64,000 nucleotides of DNA from Pseudomonadota bacterium. Its GTDB lineage: Bacteria; Campylobacterota; Campylobacteria; Campylobacterales; Sulfurimonadaceae. The notes under the pieces are model-generated. The model was not told the origin of the DNA. It did not search any database and was given only the letters and a program-made list of their open reading frames with translations. Position numbers and translations under genes: made by a program. Every line of letters starts with the position of its first letter. Position 1 is the stretch's first letter. The stretch lies in the NCBI GenBank assembly GCA_043797085.1, contig JAZDQA010000007.1, positions 84,603 through 148,602 on the forward strand. Reading direction: 5' to 3'. Positions 29,365 through 38,191 of the stretch are shown here, one piece after another.

Positions 29365-29490
29365 GAATAGTACTAATGTAGTTTATTTTTTATATAGTCT
29401 TAAAAATATCGTTATTAAGCCTTTGTTCTATAGAGGACGCCCCACCAATACTTCAAATTATTTCCCTTTTTCCATTCAACAATCAAGTCT

Positions 29491-29511
29491 AAAGTGAAGA
29501 CTGGATACCTG
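29491..29511 (-). repeat. Right copy of 21-bp inverted repeat
   Basis: AAAGTGAAGACTGGATACCTG; reverse complement matches 27143-27163 at 19/21. Confidence 0.7.
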
Positions 29512-29643
29512 CATATTTGACCCACTCAAAAAAACTATAATTGCTTCAATAGAAATAAATAAAAATCAGTAAGCGGATTGTAATTAGTCATTTTAAATGC
29601 AATGATGCAAAAATTATTGTTACTTTTAGATGGAGGTGATCCC

Positions 29644-30110
29644 ATGTCAACAACTTCAGTAAAATCCAACACAATCCGGCTTCATCGTGTGCTACGTGCA
29701 CCACTTGAACGTGTCTATCGGGCTTTTCTTGATGCAGATGCGTTAGTAAAATGGATTCCGCCAAACGGCTTTACCTGTAAGGTGCACCATATGGATGTAA
29801 AGGTCGGTGGCATCTATAAGATGTCATTTACAAACTTCACTACCGCAAGATCGACTCTTTTGGCGGTGAGTACCTTGAATTGGTGCCAAATGAACGCATT
29901 CGCTACGTGGACAGGTTTGACGATCCGAATCTGCCCGGCGATATGCTTACGACAATAACCTTGAAAGAAGTGTCCGTCGGAACAGAATTAACCATAGTGC
30001 AAGAGGGGGTACCTGCTGTTATTTCAGAGGAAGCTTGCTATCTGGGTTGGCAAGAGTCGCTTGTTCTTTTAATAAAATTAGTCGAGGCGGAGATTTTGGA
30101 CGAATCATAA
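29644..30110 (+). pseudogene. SRPBCC/AHSA1-family protein, frameshifted near 29845
   Basis: GGAGG RBS; adding one base at ACC-GC-AAG joins ...SFTNFTT to GKIDSFGGEYLELVPNERIRY...CYLGWQESL. Confidence 0.85.
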
Positions 30111-30144
30111 GATTGAAAATTTCGTTTATTTTAATCATCCAACG

Positions 30145-30255
30145 ATCAAGGCGAAACGATCTGCTAAAGCACTTTATCAAGCACAAATAGAGATAAAGGC
30201 TCAGGAGATCGTGAATCGAGTTACCCAGACCTCTGCACTCAAAAATAATTCTCCC
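30145..30255 (+). pseudogene. Remnant of a second mobile-mystery-protein-A-like gene
   Basis: Translates IKAKRSAKALYQAQIEIKAQEIVNRVTQTSALKNNSP, versus IKPKQSAKALYQAQIEKKAHEIVSRVIQTSALENQLP in 27285-27659; no start or HTH. Confidence 0.8.
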
Positions 30256-30320
30256 AACTCTTTACCCAATTTTTTTGGAACCTTTTGTATAATTGCATTT
30301 AATTAGAATAATGCAGGGTT

Positions 30321-30653
30321 ATGTTTAAAATTATGAATATATTTACGCAGCAACTTTATACGATACAATCAAAAGATATTACCAGTGTTGTCATCGTTTT
30401 AGCCGATGAAAATCATCCGATTTTTAAAGCCCATTTCGAGGGGAATCCGCTTCTTCCCGCTTTTTTGCATGTTGATATTGCGGCGGAAATTTTTGGCTTT
30501 GAAGTAGTAGGGATTAGTCGGTCAAAATTTATGGCGCCGTTGCTGCCCAATGATGAGGTGGTGGTGTCGATAGAGCAACGTCCTGCGGGTGTCAGGGTTC
30601 GATTTGTGCGGGATACCCGTATTGCCAGTGAGATAAATCTTGAAATCCTGTAG
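30321..30653 (+). CDS. FabZ/ApeI-like hotdog dehydratase
   Basis: HPIFKAHFEGNPLLP and KFMAPLLP motifs. Confidence 0.8.
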   Translation: MFKIMNIFTQQLYTIQSKDITSVVIVLADENHPIFKAHFEGNPLLPAFLHVDIAAEIFGFEVVGISRSKFMAPLLPNDEVVVSIEQRPAGVRVRFVRDTRIASEINLEIL

Positions 30654-31350
30654 CCTCTGTCTTCTTATCCCCGTTTACAATAATCCTCAAACCATTGCAC
30701 GTATCGTGAGAGAAGTTTTAGCTTATAATCTTCCTATTATTGTGGTGGATGACGGTTCGGATGTTCCTGTTGAAACATTGATAGAGAGGGATTCGAGCGT
30801 AACAATTGTGTGTCATAATCAAAATCAGGGAAAAGGGGTTGCGCTTCGTACTGGCGCCTTGAAAGCCAAAGAGATGGGGTTTAGCCATTGTTTGACGATG
30901 GATGGGGACGGGCAACATTTTGCGCAGGATATTCCCAAATTTTTGGAGCTTTTTGAAGAAGCGTGCCGTGAAAATACGATGATTATCGGGGTACGTGATT
31001 TTGAGACGTGTAATCCCCCAAAATCCTCGGTTATCGGACGACAGATCGGGAATTTTTGGGTTTGGGTTGAGAGCGGAATATGGGTGAGTGATACCCAGAC
31101 GGGATTTCGCCTTTATCCGGTAGAATTTTTGAGCTATCCTTCTTCGACGGTACGCTATGAGTTTGAAATCGAAAATTTGGTAAAATTCTTATGGTCAGGT
31201 GGCAAAGTGATGGAAGTGATGGTAAAAACACTCTATGATGAGACCCGTGTGACCCATTTCGATAAATTAAAAGACAATCTTCATATGATATTTTTACACG
31301 CCAAACTCGTTATTTTACGACTATTTTTACTCAAAGGAATACTAAAATGA
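30640..31350 (+). CDS. Glycosyltransferase family 2
   Basis: LIPVYN, VVDDGS, NQGKG, DGDGQH, DTQTGFRLYP. Confidence 0.9.
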   Translation: MKSCSLCLLIPVYNNPQTIARIVREVLAYNLPIIVVDDGSDVPVETLIERDSSVTIVCHNQNQGKGVALRTGALKAKEMGFSHCLTMDGDGQHFAQDIPKFLELFEEACRENTMIIGVRDFETCNPPKSSVIGRQIGNFWVWVESGIWVSDTQTGFRLYPVEFLSYPSSTVRYEFEIENLVKFLWSGGKVMEVMVKTLYDETRVTHFDKLKDNLHMIFLHAKLVILRLFLLKGILK

Positions 31351-31378
31351 ACACAAACACAATGGAGACACGACTAGC

Positions 31379-32899
31379 ATGACAGTAACAATCAATGATC
31401 AATTTATCCCTTTTGAAAATGTAGCAAACGCTTCGTCGGTGTTGCTTGATAGCAGTGTTCTTTTTAGAGATAGAATCCGTGCGGCGGAAGCATTGCTGAT
31501 GAAAGAAATTAGCGACGGCAATCCGATTTATGGTGTAACCACGGGGTATGGCGATTCGGGGAAAAACTATTTAGTTTTGGAAGATGCCAAAACATTGCAA
31601 GTGAATTTGTACCGTTTTCATGGATGCGGCGTGGGAGAGATTCTTTCTGAAAAAGAGATTTTCAACATTGTTTTGGTTCGTTTGATTAGTATTTCCAAAG
31701 GCTTTTCAGGGGTGAGCGTAGAACTTTTGGAAGCCATGTTGAAATTTCTCGAATTGGGCATTTTACCGGCTATTCCTTCCAAAGGTTCTGTTGGGGCATC
31801 GGGGGATTTGACACCGCTTTCGTATATCGCGGCAGCTCTTGCCGGAGAGCGAGAAGTGATTTATCGCTCCCAGCTTAGATCGACTGCTGAGGTATTGCAA
31901 GAATGCGGGATTGAGCCGTATGTATTCAAGCCTAAAGAAGCTCTGGCAATTATGAACGGTACGTCGGTAATGGCCGGAATTTTAGTGGTTCAAATTGAAA
32001 ACTTCGAGCGACTTCTTTTGGGATTAGAGAGTTTTTCTGCGGGATTATTTGAAGCGATGGAAGCGGATACTACTGCATTGGAACCGTTCGTTCATCAGGT
32101 TAAACCGTTCGAGGGGCAAATCAAATGTGCTTCGAATTTGAGAGAAAAGCTCACCGGTGCGACGCAGGTACATACTCGTTTGACCCGTTATCAGAGCTTT
32201 TTTGACGCGGAGCATCATAACATCCAAGACCGTTATTCCATCCGCTGTATTCCTCAGATTTTGGGTGTTGCGTGGGACAATCTTGCGTTGGCAAAAAAAT
32301 GGGTTGAGACAGAGATTAACTCGGTAAGCGACAACCCGTTGATTAACTGCGATGAACAAATCATCTATACCGGATGTAATTTTTACGGCGGATACATGGC
32401 GCATTCAGCGGATACATTGAAAATTTGTTTGGCAAATATGGCGGATTTGTTGGACAAACAGTTTGCGGTTTTGGTGGACGATAAGTTTAACCGTGGATTG
32501 GGTGAAAATCTTAAACTCTCTAAAGAACATTATCACCATGGGTTTAAAGCGATGCAAATCACTTTGAGTTCACTCAGTGCCGATGTTATGATGCGAATGT
32601 TGCCCTCAAGTGCATTTTCACGCTCTACAGAGTCGATGAATCAGGACAAGGTAAGTATGGGAACCACGGGTGCGTTGGGACTCAAAGGGGGGATTGATGA
32701 ATTTGCCTCGATGCTCGCTATCGCCATGTTAGGAATAGCGCAAGCGATGGATATTCGAGGCGTTGAGAAGTTTTCTCCGTTCGCGCAAAACTTGTATACC
32801 AAAATTCGAGCTATATCAGCACCATTGATTGAAGATCGTCGATTGGATGGAGACATTGTGACCCTTAAAGCCATGTTGCTTCGCGGAGAGTTGGTGTGA
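31379..32899 (+). CDS. Aromatic amino acid ammonia-lyase (HAL/PAL/TAL family)
   Basis: IYGVTTGYG, GSVGASGDL (MIO-forming ASG), QDRYSIRC, NQDKVSMG. Confidence 0.93.
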   Translation: MTVTINDQFIPFENVANASSVLLDSSVLFRDRIRAAEALLMKEISDGNPIYGVTTGYGDSGKNYLVLEDAKTLQVNLYRFHGCGVGEILSEKEIFNIVLVRLISISKGFSGVSVELLEAMLKFLELGILPAIPSKGSVGASGDLTPLSYIAAALAGEREVIYRSQLRSTAEVLQECGIEPYVFKPKEALAIMNGTSVMAGILVVQIENFERLLLGLESFSAGLFEAMEADTTALEPFVHQVKPFEGQIKCASNLREKLTGATQVHTRLTRYQSFFDAEHHNIQDRYSIRCIPQILGVAWDNLALAKKWVETEINSVSDNPLINCDEQIIYTGCNFYGGYMAHSADTLKICLANMADLLDKQFAVLVDDKFNRGLGENLKLSKEHYHHGFKAMQITLSSLSADVMMRMLPSSAFSRSTESMNQDKVSMGTTGALGLKGGIDEFASMLAIAMLGIAQAMDIRGVEKFSPFAQNLYTKIRAISAPLIEDRRLDGDIVTLKAMLLRGELV

Positions 32900-33588
32900 A
32901 GAAAGTCCTCATCACCGGTGGCACAGGTGCAATCGGTGAGGCCACTGTACGGATGTTTTCAGCCAATGGTTATTTTGTCTACATCCATTACCATAGCAAC
33001 AAAGAAAAAGCCGATGCGTTGGTTACAGAGTTAGGTAATGCGCAAAGTGTTGGGTTTGATATTGCTTCAGGTGAGAGTGTTCGCACCGCTTTGGAGGGAA
33101 TATCGGTCGATGTATTGGTTAATAATGCCGGCAAAACGAAAGATAAACTTTTCTTTTGGATGGAAGATTCGGATTGGGATGATGTGATTCAAACCAATCT
33201 CACAGGAACGTATTATGTGACCAAAGCACTGCTTCCTGCTATGCAAAAACAAAAATCAGGAGCTATTGTCAATGTCGCCTCCGTCGCCGGTGTGGTTGGG
33301 AATATAGGTCAAGCTAACTATGCTGCTTCAAAAGGGGGGATGATTGCGATGACCAAATCTCTTGCCCTTGAAGTGGCACGCTATAAAATCCGCGCTAACT
33401 GTTTGGTTCCCGGATTTATCCACTCGGAGATGACAGCCGGATTCAATGAAAAAGATTTTGAAAAGATGATTCCCATGAAGCGGTTTGGCAAGCCTGAAGA
33501 AGTGGCAGAAGTGATTTTCTTTCTTGCGGACAAGGCATCATATATGACGGCAGAAGTGGTCAATATTTCGGGCGGGATGGTACGATAA
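32896..33588 (+). CDS. 3-oxoacyl-ACP reductase (FabG-like)
   Basis: TGGTGAIG, NNAG, YAASK. Confidence 0.92.
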   Translation: MKKVLITGGTGAIGEATVRMFSANGYFVYIHYHSNKEKADALVTELGNAQSVGFDIASGESVRTALEGISVDVLVNNAGKTKDKLFFWMEDSDWDDVIQTNLTGTYYVTKALLPAMQKQKSGAIVNVASVAGVVGNIGQANYAASKGGMIAMTKSLALEVARYKIRANCLVPGFIHSEMTAGFNEKDFEKMIPMKRFGKPEEVAEVIFFLADKASYMTAEVVNISGGMVR

Positions 33589-34808
33589 TGAGAAGAGTTG
33601 TGATTACTGGAACGGGTTTTTATTCTCCAATCGGCGACAATATGGCAGATTTGCGCTCTTCATTGGAGCAAATGAAAAGCGGTATCCGTTTTATGGATGA
33701 GTGGAGCGGTGTCAACGGGCTTGATGCTCGGATTGCGGGCGTTGTTCCTGTGAGTGATTTTAGTGAAATCCCGCGAGCCTATCGTCGTACTATGGATCGT
33801 GTAGCGATGATGTGTGCCCTTTCTCTCAAACGAGCGGTTGCCCAAAGTGGGTTAGACGCAGCACAAATTACCGCGCACAAAACAGGTATCTCATTTGGCT
33901 CTGCGATGGGTGGGTTGGAAACCTTGTTTGAATACGCGGAAGATGTTTCGCATAACAGCGGATTCGGTCGTCAAAATGCGACGGCTTTTTTACGTTTTAT
34001 GAGCCATACGGTCGCGGCAAATTTGGCAGTGATGTTCGGTGTTATCGGACGTAATATTCCGACGAGTTCGGCGTGTACCGCTTCTTCGCAAGCGATCGGT
34101 GCCGGATATGAGTCGATTAAATACGGCATGAGCGATGTGATGCTTGTGGGTGGCGGTGAAGGATTGCATTATGTCGAAGCAGGGATTTTTGACAGTATGG
34201 GGGCAACCGCGATCGGGTACAACGATAACGCCCAAGCTGCATCACGCCCGTTTGATATTTCACGCTCAGGACTTATTGTTTCAGAAGGTTCTGGAGCATT
34301 GGTGCTTGAAGAGTATGAGTATGCAAAGGCGCGTGGAGCGGTGATTTTGGGTGAAATCGTAGGATATGCTACGGGATGTGACGGGAGCCATATCACTCTC
34401 CCCTCAGAGCGCGGTATGGAGCAGGTGATGCGTGATGCGCTCGCCGATGCCAAGCTCAATCCTGAAGATATCGGTTACATCAATGCGCATGCAACGGCTA
34501 CTCCCAAGGGAGATATTTTCGAATCGATTGCAGTCCATCATGTTTTTGGGCATAATACCCCTATTAGCAGTATCAAAGGCTATACGGGTCATATGTTCGG
34601 CGGAGGCGGAGCGTTTGAGAGTATCGTTTCGTTGATGGCACTTAATGAATCGTTTTTACCTGCCAATAAAAATTTGGAGACCGTTGATCCGGCATGTGCC
34701 CCTTTGGACTACATCCGTTCTCATCGAGAAACAAAGGTCAAAGCCGTTATGAATAATAATTTTGCATTCGGAGGAATCAATACCTCCATCATCATCAAAA
34801 AAATTTAA
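33588..34808 (+). CDS. Beta-ketoacyl-ACP synthase (FabF/ApeR-like)
   Basis: SSACTAS, NAHAT and GHMFG catalytic Cys-His-His; NNFAFGG. Confidence 0.92.
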   Translation: MRRVVITGTGFYSPIGDNMADLRSSLEQMKSGIRFMDEWSGVNGLDARIAGVVPVSDFSEIPRAYRRTMDRVAMMCALSLKRAVAQSGLDAAQITAHKTGISFGSAMGGLETLFEYAEDVSHNSGFGRQNATAFLRFMSHTVAANLAVMFGVIGRNIPTSSACTASSQAIGAGYESIKYGMSDVMLVGGGEGLHYVEAGIFDSMGATAIGYNDNAQAASRPFDISRSGLIVSEGSGALVLEEYEYAKARGAVILGEIVGYATGCDGSHITLPSERGMEQVMRDALADAKLNPEDIGYINAHATATPKGDIFESIAVHHVFGHNTPISSIKGYTGHMFGGGGAFESIVSLMALNESFLPANKNLETVDPACAPLDYIRSHRETKVKAVMNNNFAFGGINTSIIIKKI

Positions 34809-34820
34809 AAGGGAGTCTAT

Positions 34821-35066
34821 ATGAGCAGTGAAGTATTTGAAAAAGTTCAAGAAATTATCGTAGAACAGTTTGAAAAAGAGCCTTCAGAGATTTCAATGGA
34901 TAAATCACTTGTAGAGGATCTGGGGCTGGACAGCTTGGATATGTTTGATCTTATCTGTGCCTTAGAAAAAGAATACGGGTTTCATTTTGAACGCGAAATG
35001 GGTTCATCGATAGAAACGGTGGGTGACATAGTAGGGCAATTGGAACGAAACATTAACAAAGAATGA
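34821..35066 (+). CDS. Acyl carrier protein
   Basis: DLGLDSLD phosphopantetheine site; acidic, 81 aa. Confidence 0.92.
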   Translation: MSSEVFEKVQEIIVEQFEKEPSEISMDKSLVEDLGLDSLDMFDLICALEKEYGFHFEREMGSSIETVGDIVGQLERNINKE

Positions 35067-36307
35067 TTTTCACTCTTGGGTACATCCCCTTCGTTTTGAT
35101 CGCATATCATTATTTTGGCGTATCGATTGCCGGACTTTTACTCGCAGGAGCAGGCACTGCATTGTTCGCGGTATCGTGGATTACCCATCGACCTCTTAAA
35201 AATTTCGTTTCCCCTGTTATTGCGACTGTACTTGGAATCGGGGCTTATTTTTCAGGAAGTTTTACCGCACTTAAGCTTTACCCTTTGCTTCTTTCGCTCC
35301 TCTTTTTGACCTATTTTGTGGCTTCCGTTGTCACAAAACGGTATCCGCTTATAGCGTGGGTAGAAAAGTTTAAAAAACGCTCGCTTAACGAGCAAGAATA
35401 TCATGATGTTATTGTCTCGCATTGGTTTTGGATCGGGGTATTGGCGTTTAACAGTCTTATTCATCTTTATTTAGTGGTGAATAGTGATACGGTTGTTTGG
35501 GCTTTGTACTCTTTTGCAGGGTGGTATCTTTATTTTGGTCTTGCTCTGGCGCTTCAGCTTAGTTTTGCGCATCGAGAACAAATTTTTCAAGCGTTGCGAA
35601 CTATTTGGGGATATGGACTTTTTGGCGGTGTGATCGTGATGGGATTTATCCCTGCAATCGTGGGATATTTCTATAATCGGCTAATGAAAAAACCAAAACC
35701 CCATATTTTCTTTCAACGGGTCACTGCTGCGATGTTTCGATTATTTTTCCGTGGAGCACCGGGTGTCGGAAAAATTGAAATCATTGGCAGTTCAAATCGT
35801 AATTCTAATGTTACCACGTTGTATGTCGCCAGTCACGAATCGTGGCTCGATTACCCTCTGATGGGAGCGTACATTACGGATTTATATCACTTGACCAATA
35901 AAAAAGATGCGTTTTCATGGAGTATCCGAGGGATTGCAAAACTTTTAGGGGTAATTGATGGAGCTGGCAATAATGCGCTTCATGCACTGTTGCAAAAACT
36001 GCGAGAGGGAAGTAATGTATTGATCTTTCCTGAGGGCTCACGTGAGACGCAAGGGGCATTGCTGCCGTTTAAAAAAGGAGCTTTTTCACTTTCGATAGAA
36101 TCGGGAGTAGCGATCGTTCCCGTTATCATTTCAGGTACACGGCTTTTAGTTCCCAAAGGGACGATTCATTGGCAAGATATAAAAAATAGCACGATTACTA
36201 TACAATTTTTAGAGCCGATAACTCCCGCTCAGGGAGAGAGTGCCGAGGCATTGAAGAACAGAGTTTGGGATGTTATGAGTGCGGCGCAAAAAAATCATAA
36301 TGGTTAA
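35063..36307 (+). CDS. Membrane protein (COG4648-like) fused to a PlsC-type acyltransferase
   Basis: N-terminal TM domain with LKLYP and WALY; C-terminal SHESWLD, FPEGSR and FKKGAF. Confidence 0.8.
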   Translation: MIFTLGYIPFVLIAYHYFGVSIAGLLLAGAGTALFAVSWITHRPLKNFVSPVIATVLGIGAYFSGSFTALKLYPLLLSLLFLTYFVASVVTKRYPLIAWVEKFKKRSLNEQEYHDVIVSHWFWIGVLAFNSLIHLYLVVNSDTVVWALYSFAGWYLYFGLALALQLSFAHREQIFQALRTIWGYGLFGGVIVMGFIPAIVGYFYNRLMKKPKPHIFFQRVTAAMFRLFFRGAPGVGKIEIIGSSNRNSNVTTLYVASHESWLDYPLMGAYITDLYHLTNKKDAFSWSIRGIAKLLGVIDGAGNNALHALLQKLREGSNVLIFPEGSRETQGALLPFKKGAFSLSIESGVAIVPVIISGTRLLVPKGTIHWQDIKNSTITIQFLEPITPAQGESAEALKNRVWDVMSAAQKNHNG

Positions 36308-37142
36308 ACCATTGATCAGGATGTTCTCTCACAACTTTTTCTAAAATATCAGCATACTCTTGGGCAGCTAGTGCAATCGCTTCTTCTTTGGGAGTTGCGG
36401 TGTCGTATGGGGTTAACCAGTAATAATAGGCGTTGTAGTGATAGTCAGATTCTCGTAACGAGAGAAGGGCAATAAGGGGAACCTTACGATTATAGGCAAC
36501 TTCAAACGGATTTTTATTCATAAGGATTTTTCTACTCAAAAAAGTGACGGGAATACTGCTGGATTGGCTTAAAAAGCGATCCGCCATCATGGCAACAATC
36601 TCTCCGTTTTGAAACGCTTTTGCCACACGAATGGCAACGGCGATAGGTCCTTCTGAGAGGTCAATGACTCTCATCGTGTTAGCCGATTCACCTGCAATAA
36701 ATTTTCCAAAACCTTGAATACTCTCTTTGACTGCTTCTTGCATCACGATATTTATGGGGATATTTCGCTCCGATGGGAGAAGTCCGCACGTACTCCAATC
36801 CCCCACATGGGAAAAAAGAAACAATACCCCTTTGTCGGCATCGGTCAGATACGGTTTTTCATTTTTGGCTTTGATGTGATAACGCTGGGTGAATTTTTTG
36901 CTTAAAAAACGATCGGCAAAAACAAGAGCAAACATAAAGAGATGCCGATAATAAATAAGGTAATTGAACTTTCCGGTACACAGAAGATAATATTCACGCA
37001 AATGACGTTTGATGGATGGGGTTGTGATGGAAAAATAGAGGACAACAAAAAAGAGGATAAAGCGTAATCCCACATAGCCAAAAAGGCGAAAAAAAAGATA
37101 GACGATAAAAAGACCTGTTCCGCTACCTCGCTGTTTAATCAT
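36273..37142 (-). CDS. LpxL-like (lipid A acyltransferase family) acyltransferase
   Basis: SHVGDW, MMADR, HPDQWFNHYDFF. Confidence 0.85.
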   Translation of the reverse strand: MIKQRGSGTGLFIVYLFFRLFGYVGLRFILFFVVLYFSITTPSIKRHLREYYLLCTGKFNYLIYYRHLFMFALVFADRFLSKKFTQRYHIKAKNEKPYLTDADKGVLFLFSHVGDWSTCGLLPSERNIPINIVMQEAVKESIQGFGKFIAGESANTMRVIDLSEGPIAVAIRVAKAFQNGEIVAMMADRFLSQSSSIPVTFLSRKILMNKNPFEVAYNRKVPLIALLSLRESDYHYNAYYYWLTPYDTATPKEEAIALAAQEYADILEKVVREHPDQWFNHYDFFAPHS

Positions 37143-37226
37143 CTTTAAGCCTTATTTTTTCGAGATTATAGCTTTTGGTGAGCTAAAATTGGATAAAATA
37201 AGACTAATAAACATTAGGAAGTAATT

Positions 37227-37478
37227 ATGGTTGAATATACAACAGTAAAAGAACAATTAATCGAAGCATTGGGACTTGAGGATATGAGTGCGGATGAGAT
37301 TGAGGATGATGCCGCATTATTCGGTGAAGGACTGGGGCTTGATTCGGTTGATGCCATCGAATTAGTTATTTATCTGGATAATCAATATGGAATTAAGATT
37401 GACAATGTGGGGCAATCCAAAGAAATTTTTGTCTCGATTCGTACGTTGACCGATTTTATTAATCAAAATAAAAAATAG
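37227..37478 (+). CDS. Acyl carrier protein (APE/flexirubin type)
   Basis: LFGEGLGLDSVDAIEL. Confidence 0.92.
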   Translation: MVEYTTVKEQLIEALGLEDMSADEIEDDAALFGEGLGLDSVDAIELVIYLDNQYGIKIDNVGQSKEIFVSIRTLTDFINQNKK

Positions 37479-38191
37479 TGATTGTTGTCCGTACCGTTAC
37501 CAAATATTTTGGTGAAAAAGCAGCTTTAAATGGAATTTCATTTTCCGTTCCGCGAGGTTCCATTACAGGATTGATAGGGCGCAACGGTGCAGGAAAAACA
37601 ACGCTGATAGGGATATTGTGCGGTCTTATACGTCCTGATTCCGGTTCAATACAAATCGGTGGTATCGAACTTTTTGACAATATGAAACGTGCACGTGAAA
37701 TGATTGGCTATGTACCTCAAAAAACGTCACTGTATCCTGAAATGACAGGGCGCGAAAACCTAAAGTATTTTGCTCTTATCCGAGGTCTTGGCGGGAAAAA
37801 ACTGACAGATTCTATTCGTGAAGCCGTTACGGCAACTTCGTTGGAAGAGGTTTTGGATAGGCGTGTGTCTCATTACTCCGGCGGGATGCAAAAACGTCTT
37901 AACCTCGCCATTGGCTTATTGGGAAATCCTCCGTTGTTGTATTTGGATGAGCCTACGGTTGGGGTGGATAAGGAATCCCGTGAGATTATTTTGGAAACAC
38001 TGTTGAAAATGTCTCATGAGAGGGGAACGACTATCTTGTATACGTCGCACTATTTGCAAGAGATTGAAAGAATTTGTGATAGATTGATTGTACTTGACCA
38101 CGGTGTCGTTGTGGCGAATGATGTGTCAGAAAATCTTTTGCGTGAGAGTGAAAGTTTAGAGCAGTATCTCGAAGAGAATATCCAAAAATGA
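37478..38191 (+). CDS. ABC transporter ATP-binding protein
   Basis: GRNGAGKTT, YSGGM, LDEPTVGVD. Confidence 0.95.
   Translation: MIVVRTVTKYFGEKAALNGISFSVPRGSITGLIGRNGAGKTTLIGILCGLIRPDSGSIQIGGIELFDNMKRAREMIGYVPQKTSLYPEMTGRENLKYFALIRGLGGKKLTDSIREAVTATSLEEVLDRRVSHYSGGMQKRLNLAIGLLGNPPLLYLDEPTVGVDKESREIILETLLKMSHERGTTILYTSHYLQEIERICDRLIVLDHGVVVANDVSENLLRESESLEQYLEENIQK

Larger units (their letters stand above)
26132..29448. mobile_element. Decayed genomic islet at the tmRNA 3' end (no integrase left)
   Basis: GGACGCCTCCACCAA (26118-26132) recurs as GGACGCC-CCACCAA (29435-29448); cargo is an AT-rich orphan, an HTH gene and a TA pair. Confidence 0.55.

Noticed and set aside
26132..30320. Intact prophage, ICE or IS element
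   Set aside because: No integrase, transposase, phage or conjugation genes visible
31379..32899. hutH (histidine catabolism)
   Set aside because: No other hut genes; embedded in a PKS operon and lacks the SH pair typical of HAL
32896..35066. Primary fatty acid synthesis fabG-fabF-acpP
   Set aside because: Embedded among APE/DAR-specific genes; symbols withheld
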